Below are positions 35,545 through 41,548 of a stretch of DNA of 41,548 bases, piece after piece. A model generated the notes under the pieces. That model was not told the origin of the DNA, made no database searches, and saw only the letters and a program-made list of their open reading frames with translations. This DNA comes from a virus (lineage: Duplodnaviria > Caudoviricetes), in the IMG/VR virus record IMGVR_UViG_3300008255_000047, positions 1 to 41,548 of that record. The stretch is one strand, 5' to 3'. A program made the translations under genes and the position numbers. Position 1 is the first letter of the stretch. Every line of letters begins with the position of its first letter.

Positions 35545-35908
35545 AAGTCCATATAATCCTGTCGCAAACGTCGAACCCGAACAAATCCGCGTCACCTATT
35601 ACGATGATGATGGAACTATAAAGGAAGTTCATGAGGGTCACGTTTTGTACGTGATGAACGAATTGATTCGTTCCGTGCTACCTAAAACAAAATACAGCGT
35701 GCGGAAGTTGACCGGCTGCAAAATGACCAAACCCAATTGGATAACGAATGACCCTGACGCGGCGCGCGAGTTGCGGGTGATTGATAGAAAATATAACAGA
35801 GCGATAAAGGCATTGCGCCGTTTACCGCTCGCTGAAAAAATTGAAGCCGTGCGGCGCTTGAAGATATCCCGCGCCGCTGCATATAAGCGGGTTTTAAAAG
35901 AGGGTTAG
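35541..35908 (+). pseudogene. Apparently frameshifted hypothetical gene(s); MTKPNW... at 35723 may be a separate CDS
   Basis: The MKVHIILSQ frame stops after 26 codons; the -1 frame (NVEPEQIRVTYYDDDG...) is open to 35908. Confidence 0.4.
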
Positions 35909-36096
35909 GACGCCGGGGGAATGACAGCCGGGCATATTTGGCAAGTCGGCGCGTGGTGCGCCTTGCACGCGGGACAATACCAGCCTTGCGCCGGTAATTC
36001 GATTTTTCCTAATTCGCTATCGCTTGGAATCTGTATACCAGTCTCGCAAGTGCAATTTGGGAACAGACAAGGTGCACGCCCGCAAACGTGCATCAC
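35905..36096 (-). CDS. Cys-rich hypothetical protein
   Basis: CGRAPCLFPNCTC and GWYCPAC...CQIC; the GTG/ATG start overlaps the upstream stop. Confidence 0.6.
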   Translation of the reverse strand: MMHVCGRAPCLFPNCTCETGIQIPSDSELGKIELPAQGWYCPACKAHHAPTCQICPAVIPPAS

Positions 36097-36521
36097 TTCT
36101 TCTCCCTCTGGTTCTGATGCAGCCACTCGACTTCGACCTCAGCCGTCCTTTTGAGTATTCTAGTAACTTTATTTTCTAATTCTTCGTTTTCGATTTTGAG
36201 TGCCTCCAGCCTCTTGAGCAGCGCGGCACTGGCAGAGATGAGGTTGTCCCCGCAGAAAGGAGCAAGAGCCTGAGAAGCTAAAAGCAACGGATCATCTTCA
36301 TCGTCTGGGTCCGTGTCTCCCATAACTTCATCAATGTGATTGAAAGCTGTTTCTACCGCCTCCACCAGCGCCGCGTTCTCGGCCTGTAGGGAGGTGATGT
36401 AGTCAGACACTTCATGGATTGCCTGACGGGACGCAAGCACCATGACGCCATCCTCGTCGGCTTGCTGATATTGAAGCAGCGCAGTTAGCGCACTCAGCGG
36501 CAGCGGCTTCGCTTCGGTCAT
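36093..36521 (-). CDS. Hypothetical coiled-coil protein
   Basis: QADEDGVMVLASRQA segment and heptad regions; ATGA coupling. Confidence 0.7.
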   Translation of the reverse strand: MTEAKPLPLSALTALLQYQQADEDGVMVLASRQAIHEVSDYITSLQAENAALVEAVETAFNHIDEVMGDTDPDDEDDPLLLASQALAPFCGDNLISASAALLKRLEALKIENEELENKVTRILKRTAEVEVEWLHQNQREKK

Positions 36522-36673
36522 GGTTTCTTAACTCCACCAATAGCCAACTTATAATCAATGTGGAGTGCTAGCTCAGATTGCAGCATTTCAATAAGCTGAG
36601 CCAGCCTACGCTCCAAAGATTCCACACGTTTGCGTAAGTCTCGGAGTTCAATGTCTCTGGTCGCGTCGCTCAT
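36518..36673 (-). CDS. 51-aa coiled-coil protein (not in ORF track)
   Basis: GAGGA RBS; MSDATRDIELRDLRKRVESLERRL...; ATGA overlaps at both ends. Confidence 0.65.
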   Translation of the reverse strand: MSDATRDIELRDLRKRVESLERRLAQLIEMLQSELALHIDYKLAIGGVKKP

Positions 36674-37302
36674 GGTGTGGTGTCCTCTTCCAATTCATTT
36701 TCTCGAAAGTGCATGACCCACCCATCATCATGCTGAACATTCACCATTGGAGGCGTGTCCTCGGGTTTGTCGAAGTACTTGAATGTTCCGTTGACACGAC
36801 CCGCAAACTTATAGCCTTTGATCTTTCTGACGCGTGTTCCAATTGGGAATTGAAGCGTGGTCTGCTCCCGCTCAATCCTCTGCCGCAGTTCGGCGCAGAG
36901 GGTTTTGATGGTGGTGGGGATTGCGGTAATCAATTCGGCATTAGCTTCTTCATGCTCAGGCGCGCTGAAAGCGGGCTGCACAGCAATACCCACGTCGTTC
37001 TCGGCTTTGACGTACCAAACCGGAACCAGTCTATCGTGTCCTTGGCGGTGGTGCGTTACGAGGTTCCAAGGCCCCGGCGTAGCTTTCTCTGCCAGCCCTT
37101 CCAGCCAGGAGATGAGTGCGAGTAGGTCGGTGGGGGTCATTGGCTGTTCGTACTCAGTGAAAGCCGCGATCACTTCGGGATCGTCGGCGTAATATGATGT
37201 AAGGTTGCGGTCGTCTGGCTTGTCGTACGGAACATTCTCCCGGTCAACGTCAATAGAGAGAGGTTTACCACGCGCGACATTACACTTTCTCCCCAGCGGC
37301 AC
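36670..37302 (-). CDS. Ead/Ea22-like protein with C-terminal DfrB(R67 DHFR)-like SH3 domain; start uncertain (possibly 37140)
   Basis: LAEKATPGPW...ANAELI motif; C-terminal FPIGTRVRKIKGYKFAGRV...FRENELE. Confidence 0.6.
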   Translation of the reverse strand: MPLGRKCNVARGKPLSIDVDRENVPYDKPDDRNLTSYYADDPEVIAAFTEYEQPMTPTDLLALISWLEGLAEKATPGPWNLVTHHRQGHDRLVPVWYVKAENDVGIAVQPAFSAPEHEEANAELITAIPTTIKTLCAELRQRIEREQTTLQFPIGTRVRKIKGYKFAGRVNGTFKYFDKPEDTPPMVNVQHDDGWVMHFRENELEEDTTP

Positions 37303-37510
37303 GCAACCACGGTAGCACGCGCTTATCTTTGCGCTTGATCGCTTCCGCCTTCACCGCGCGTTGCAAGCCGGTAACGCTTTTCATATGAAACGTTACGGTG
37401 CCGTGAGTCATCTTGATAACGCGTGCAACACCTTTCAGCGTGACCGCCGCCATGCCGCCCTTAGCGGCCAATTTCAAACCGGCTTCAATAATCTGTTCCC
37501 GACGCGTCAT
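37280..37510 (-). CDS. TetR-type HTH protein (DNA-binding domain only)
   Basis: RREQIIEAGLKLAAKGGMAAVTLKGVA...HGTVTFHM. Confidence 0.8.
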   Translation of the reverse strand: MTRREQIIEAGLKLAAKGGMAAVTLKGVARVIKMTHGTVTFHMKSVTGLQRAVKAEAIKRKDKRVLPWLRAAGEKV

Positions 37511-37514
37511 AGTT

Positions 37515-37901
37515 TTACCCTCTTGTTAAAGCGATTAGATCACGAACGTTTTTAGCAGACGTGGCAAAAGTAAACAAGCCCCCTGATTTGTTCACAAGGT
37601 CGCCAAATTTTGCTTGTGCAAATTCGCGTTCATCGCCCGGCGCTTTCCAGCCTTCCGCCTTGACCTCAACAGCCGTGAAAACCGCGACAACGCGCCCAAC
37701 CATGGCAGGAGTGATAACAATGGGCGTCCAGCCTATCAGGTCGCTAGAACGCAACTCTTGACCCTCTTTGACGTGTCCTAGACCATAACGAATCAATCGC
37801 CCCGTTTGGTCAAAACACGCGCCGTTATTATTTCTTAGGAGCGTCGCACCTTGCGCGCCCGCTTCAAGTTGAATGCGTTGGGATATGGAAGTTTCACGCA
37901 T
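37515..37901 (-). CDS. VRR-NUC family nuclease
   Basis: LLRNNNGA, SSDLIG, AVEVK and Q..F....N.SGG motifs; start MRETS. Confidence 0.85.
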   Translation of the reverse strand: MRETSISQRIQLEAGAQGATLLRNNNGACFDQTGRLIRYGLGHVKEGQELRSSDLIGWTPIVITPAMVGRVVAVFTAVEVKAEGWKAPGDEREFAQAKFGDLVNKSGGLFTFATSAKNVRDLIALTRG

Positions 37902-38064
37902 CGTCGCCGTTCCTACACGGAAAACACCACCAAGATAATTTACTAGCATAACAACCGCGCTCGCACCGACCCAACCACAATCCCGTCCGCCAAAAAAATA
38001 AAATTTGTTTCCAAAGTGGTTCGGAGCGCCAGTGTGGACATTCGCAACATTTTATTTCACGCAT
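37894..38064 (-). CDS. 56-aa Cys/Trp-rich protein (not in ORF track)
   Basis: MREIKCCECPHW...WWCFPCRNGDDA; overlaps the helicase stop and the nuclease start with identical junctions. Confidence 0.6.
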   Translation of the reverse strand: MREIKCCECPHWRSEPLWKQILFFWRTGLWLGRCERGCYASKLSWWCFPCRNGDDA

Positions 38065-39676
38065 CGTTCATTATCCTCGCTGTTAATTTATCCATTTCGA
38101 CGCGTGGTAAAGTTAGCGCCGTCAAAACATCAACGCCGGTCCAATACCAAAAACGCCGATAGCTTTCATCGTCGGGACGATTCATTGCGCGTTGCTTTCC
38201 GGCCCACATAGCGATTGCGTCATATAGCACGCGCTGTGACGCAATCCTTTCCATTTGACGATTCGCTGCACCCTTCCCAGCAAATTCACCTGCCGCCATT
38301 CCTACGCGCTCGGCAATCGCCCCAGGTGTTTCTAGTTCGACAGCGGCGCGCATTTCTGCGAGCGTGGCCGCGTCCAATAACATCAACTCGCCTTCCACTT
38401 GTTCAATGGTGCGCCGCCCTTCATACACAACGGACACGCGCTTCGTTCCGCAGTAGGGACAAATTTTATAAATGCGCTCATAGGCGCGCATACAATTGTC
38501 GCATTGAGTTATGGGTATTTCGTCCGGGTCTTTGTCGCGCTTTCTTATGGTTGCATCTAATGACCATCGGCGCGGTTTATCGGGCAATCCATGCTCACGG
38601 ACGTTGCTAACGTGGTCTATAATAAGTGCGCGGCTTTTGCCCAGTGCTGGACGCAATGCGCGCCCGATTTGCTGTAAGAACACGGCAAGGGATTGTGTAG
38701 CACGCGCCATAATGACGGTTTCAATTGCTGGAACGTCAACACCTTCACCAAGTAAATCACAATTACAAATCACCTGAATTTGCCGCGCTGTGAACCGGCG
38801 CATAATTCCAAATCGTTCGTAATCATCATTTTTTGCGCTAATAGATGCCGCCGGAATACCACACGCATTGAACTGCGCCGCAATTTTTTCAGCGGCTTCA
38901 ACCGACGCCGCGAACACAACGCACAATGAACCAGCGGCCCACATGATATAATTGTTCACCACGTCACCGACGATTTGCGCGCGTTCGGATTCATCACATA
39001 AACTTTTCGCGGTAAAGTCGCCAGTCGCGCCGATGGTTAAATGCTCACGGTCAAAACTTGTCGCGGGCATTACAATTTCATATTCGGACAAGTGACCTTG
39101 ATTTATCAGGTCACGCATACTCGGACCAATAACCAATGAATCATAAATGCCGTCCGCGTGCGTACCTAGTCCGCGCCCATCGGCGCGTTGTGGTGTCGCG
39201 GTCAATCCAAGGCTTCGCGCGTTAGGGAACATCGTTGCGGCTTTTCCAAATGTGCCGTCACGTAAATAGTGGTGCGCTTCATCCTGTATTACTAGACTGA
39301 TTTGTTTTTGCCATTCGTCCGCGCCGCGCGCTGCGAGCGTTTGCACCGACGCCACGACATTTTGCGCCGTGGGACTCATGTATGATTTTCCAACCGCGTC
39401 ACGGTGAATTTTCACGATATTTGCGACAACCGCCTTCGGTGCAATAATCCGGTGTGGGACGGACTCTTGCGCTAGGTGCAAACTCAACTGGCTTACCAAC
39501 TCTTGACGGTGCGCCATCATTAGAGACGCGCCGTTATGCTGCGCGACTAGGCTGCGCGCAATGACGGCTTTACCGCCGCCGGTCGGTAATTGTGCCAGCA
39601 CGTTCCGCGCGCCCGATTGCCACGCGCCATAAACATCATTGATAAGCTGCGATTGATAGTGGCGTAAGTCGGTCAC
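38057..39676 (-). CDS. SF2 DEAH-box helicase with C-terminal Zn-finger
   Basis: LRHYQ, PTGGGK, DEAHH, LTATP, EGVDVP, QQIGRALR; CDNC..CPYC. Confidence 0.93.
   Translation of the reverse strand: MTDLRHYQSQLINDVYGAWQSGARNVLAQLPTGGGKAVIARSLVAQHNGASLMMAHRQELVSQLSLHLAQESVPHRIIAPKAVVANIVKIHRDAVGKSYMSPTAQNVVASVQTLAARGADEWQKQISLVIQDEAHHYLRDGTFGKAATMFPNARSLGLTATPQRADGRGLGTHADGIYDSLVIGPSMRDLINQGHLSEYEIVMPATSFDREHLTIGATGDFTAKSLCDESERAQIVGDVVNNYIMWAAGSLCVVFAASVEAAEKIAAQFNACGIPAASISAKNDDYERFGIMRRFTARQIQVICNCDLLGEGVDVPAIETVIMARATQSLAVFLQQIGRALRPALGKSRALIIDHVSNVREHGLPDKPRRWSLDATIRKRDKDPDEIPITQCDNCMRAYERIYKICPYCGTKRVSVVYEGRRTIEQVEGELMLLDAATLAEMRAAVELETPGAIAERVGMAAGEFAGKGAANRQMERIASQRVLYDAIAMWAGKQRAMNRPDDESYRRFWYWTGVDVLTALTLPRVEMDKLTARIMNDA
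38875..38932. repeat. 58-bp dispersed repeat, copy inside the helicase gene
   Basis: 56/58 identical to 41215-41272. Confidence 0.95.
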
Positions 39677-40323
39677 TTGTGGGTCAACTCTTTAAAGCGT
39701 GTAAGAAACATTTTTTCAGCAACGTCCCACGGCCAACAATCTATTTCAACCCCCATCTGTTCAATTCCTTGGGTCCAAGAATGATCTTTGCAAATCGCGC
39801 GGGCTTCATCGGCAATAATTTGATCGTCAAATCTTATCACTTCATCCGGTATGATCCCGACCAAGCCAAATTTTTCAGCTATCACGCGCGAAACATTTGA
39901 TTCCATCGCCCGATAACCTACCAGCATCGGTTTAAGTGGTCTCTGGATGTCGCCTAAATATGCTTCGCTCGCATCGTGCATCAATGCCCAAAGCGCATTT
40001 TGTGGAGCGACAACATGAGACAGAAAATAGCAATGTTCCGCCACGCTGTAAAATTCCATGACGTGACCTCCATAGCGACATTTCATAGCAAGTGACCGGG
40101 CAATATCTTCAATGCAAATATCATCGGCGCGCGGATCAAGCGGGTAAAATTGTTTGCCGGTAAACGTGGTAATCCAATCACCTTTTCTTTTTTCTTCGCG
40201 CGCAAGTGTCGCGGTATAGCTTCCATCGGTATGACGTTCACTTTTTACAACGTGCCATCCGTCCGCTTCATGCGCTTCAATTGCTTGTTCCAATTCTTCG
40301 CGCGTGTCCGCTGATATGTTCAC
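39673..40323 (-). CDS. HD-domain 5'-deoxynucleotidase-like phosphohydrolase (YfbR/YfdR-like)
   Basis: CRYGGH...YSVAEHC...LMHDASEAYLGD motifs. Confidence 0.88.
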   Translation of the reverse strand: MNISADTREELEQAIEAHEADGWHVVKSERHTDGSYTATLAREEKRKGDWITTFTGKQFYPLDPRADDICIEDIARSLAMKCRYGGHVMEFYSVAEHCYFLSHVVAPQNALWALMHDASEAYLGDIQRPLKPMLVGYRAMESNVSRVIAEKFGLVGIIPDEVIRFDDQIIADEARAICKDHSWTQGIEQMGVEIDCWPWDVAEKMFLTRFKELTHK

Positions 40324-40571
40324 TTCACTTGCTCCGCGCGCTTATATGCAGCGTCAACAAAAGCGAAAATTTCTTTCTTGTCGTTAAGGATAATCATTTC
40401 CTTTGGGTCGGTGAAAACCCAAATAAATGGGGAGGCTTCTAATTCTGTCGCATATGCTTCGGCTTGTTCGCGGTATGAAAACGGAAGATGATACCCCATT
40501 ACATTTTCACCCGTCGGTATATGAAGCACTAACCATTGTTTTTTACCGATTGCATAGGCTTCAAAGAGCAT
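40320..40571 (-). CDS. Hypothetical protein
   Basis: GGGG RBS; first gene of the leftward arm; GTGA overlap. Confidence 0.7.
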   Translation of the reverse strand: MLFEAYAIGKKQWLVLHIPTGENVMGYHLPFSYREQAEAYATELEASPFIWVFTDPKEMIILNDKKEIFAFVDAAYKRAEQVK

Positions 40572-40593
40572 AATTTAACCCCATAATTTGCAC

Positions 40594-40633
40594 TTGACAC
40601 CATTGATAATATATCTATTCTCCACAATGTCAA
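40594..40633. promoter_or_regulatory. Interlocked divergent sigma70-type promoters
   Basis: +: TTGACA(40594)-N16-TATTCT; -: TTGACA(40633)-N16-TATTAT. Confidence 0.75.
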
Positions 40634-40656
40634 TTTTTAACAAAGGAACCTCACCT

Positions 40657-40848
40657 ATGCTCTGTCGTGTTGTTTATGGTGAAACCTTGTCGGCATGGGA
40701 AAAGTCATTCGCCACAAAACGTGAAGCCGATGCTTTTGCAAAAGAGCATGAAAGTTTTGGCGACAAAATTTTTAGTATCAAAAGAATTGACGCTGTAAAA
40801 AATCCCGGCCCACATTCTCTCATGTCGTCCATACAACAAGTCCAATAA
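40657..40848 (+). CDS. Hypothetical early protein (63 aa)
   Basis: AAAGGAACC RBS; FATKREADAFA motif. Confidence 0.7.
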   Translation: MLCRVVYGETLSAWEKSFATKREADAFAKEHESFGDKIFSIKRIDAVKNPGPHSLMSSIQQVQ

Positions 40849-40877
40849 TTTATCACCGCGAAAAGGAAACACAGACT

Positions 40878-41548
40878 ATGAAATATAATCTTACGATTGC
40901 TACCGATGACGCCGCCGAACTCGCTAAAATTTTGAACGCTCTTACCGGCACTACTTCACTCGCTACCGTCACAGCCGCCGCGCAACTCGCGCCAACGTTC
41001 ACAGGTCAACTCGCGCCGGTCACTCAACCGCAAACCGCGCCGGTCACTCAACCGCAAACCGCGCCCACTGCGCCGTCCGGTGAAGTTGATTCAACCGGCT
41101 TACCATGGGACGAAAGAATCCACGCTAAGACAAAAGCGAAAAACGCAAACGGAACATGGCGCACCCGTCGCGGTGTAGATGACGCAATGTTTGCGGCGGT
41201 TGAAGCTCAGTTGCGCGCCGCAATTTTTTCAGCGGCTTCAACCGACGCAGCGAACACAACGCATAATGAACCGGAACCCTTCACACCGTCCGTTGCACCC
41301 GCACCGACGCCGGAACAGTTTTTTGGTGATCCAGCCGCCGCGCCGCAAATGCAGCAACCGGCGGACCCGCTCGCAATCCCTGACTTCCTGCGCCGTGAAC
41401 CCGCCGCTGCACAACAGCCGCAACCCGCCGCTGCACAACAGCCGCAACCCGCCGCTGCACAACAGCCCGTGCCCGGTGCGCCGCTTCCCACGCTCAATTT
41501 TCAGCAACTCATGGCGGCTATCAGTCAGGGATTGCGTGACAAAAAAAT
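40878..41548 (+). CDS. Modular Pro/Gln-rich protein (265 aa, continues to 230 across the join; 5' part not in ORF track)
   Basis: AAAAGGA RBS; open frame MKYNLTIATDD...DSTGLPWDERIHAKTKAKNANGTWRTRRGVD...; upstream of the DUF2800/SSB genes. Confidence 0.85.
   Translation, partial: MKYNLTIATDDAAELAKILNALTGTTSLATVTAAAQLAPTFTGQLAPVTQPQTAPVTQPQTAPTAPSGEVDSTGLPWDERIHAKTKAKNANGTWRTRRGVDDAMFAAVEAQLRAAIFSAASTDAANTTHNEPEPFTPSVAPAPTPEQFFGDPAAAPQMQQPADPLAIPDFLRREPAAAQQPQPAAAQQPQPAAAQQPVPGAPLPTLNFQQLMAAISQGLRDKK
40983..41065 (+). repeat. 24-bp period tandem repeat (about 3.5 units, two perfect)
   Basis: Units begin at 40983, 41007, 41031 and 41055 (QLAPTFTG/QLAPVTQP/QTAPVTQP). Confidence 0.85.
41215..41272. 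repeat. 58-bp dispersed repeat, copy inside the Pro/Gln-rich gene (antisense to helicase mRNA)
   Basis: 56/58 identical to 38875-38932. Confidence 0.95.
41398..41467 (+). repeat. 24-bp tandem repeat x3 (PAAAQQPQ)
   Basis: AACCCGCCGCTGCACAACAGCCGC at 41398 and 41422, with a 22-bp third copy at 41446. Confidence 0.9.
41446..41548. repeat. Terminal direct repeat (copy 2)
   Basis: Identical to 1-103. Confidence 0.95.

Noticed and set aside
39673-40323. HD protein as DatZ of a Z-genome pathway
   Set aside because: No purZ or mazZ-like gene recognised; the motifs fit the common YfbR/YfdR-like nucleotidases
38875-41272. 58-bp repeat pair as a DGR template/variable repeat
   Set aside because: No reverse transcriptase is present, and the two differences are synonymous rather than diversifying

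Overview
Apparently complete, circularly permuted ~41.4-kb genome of a tailed (siphovirus-type) phage of a Gram-negative host. Bases 1-103 are repeated at 41446-41548, and one gene runs across the join. An alphaproteobacterial host is only an impression. Modules: (i) rightward recombination/replication arm (modular Pro/Gln-rich protein, AlpA, Cas4-like DUF2800 nuclease, DUF2815-type SSB, family-B DNA polymerase, many small ORFs); (ii) leftward late operon (TerS, TerL, portal, protease/scaffold, decoration, capsid, neck, tail tube, frameshifting tail chaperone, tape measure, compact tail tip, holins, SAR endolysin, spanins); (iii) leftward replication arm (HD phosphohydrolase, SF2 helicase, VRR-NUC, TetR-like and Cro-like HTH, NrS-1-like primase-polymerase/helicase, candidate origin), interrupted by an oppositely oriented island (acidic Zn-finger protein, DNA methyltransferase, DUF4031, candidate sRNA). 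No integrase, CI repressor, tRNA, CRISPR array or reverse transcriptase was recognised. Most unusual signals: an FtsZ-C-terminal-like peptide and a 58-bp antisense copy of the helicase gene inside the same early gene; two small genes each bracketed by a duplicated stop/start junction; a promoter-to-terminator RNA with a 4-aa micro-ORF; repeated promoter/RBS modules; and interlocked divergent promoters. All calls are by eye from motifs and synteny; no database search was run.
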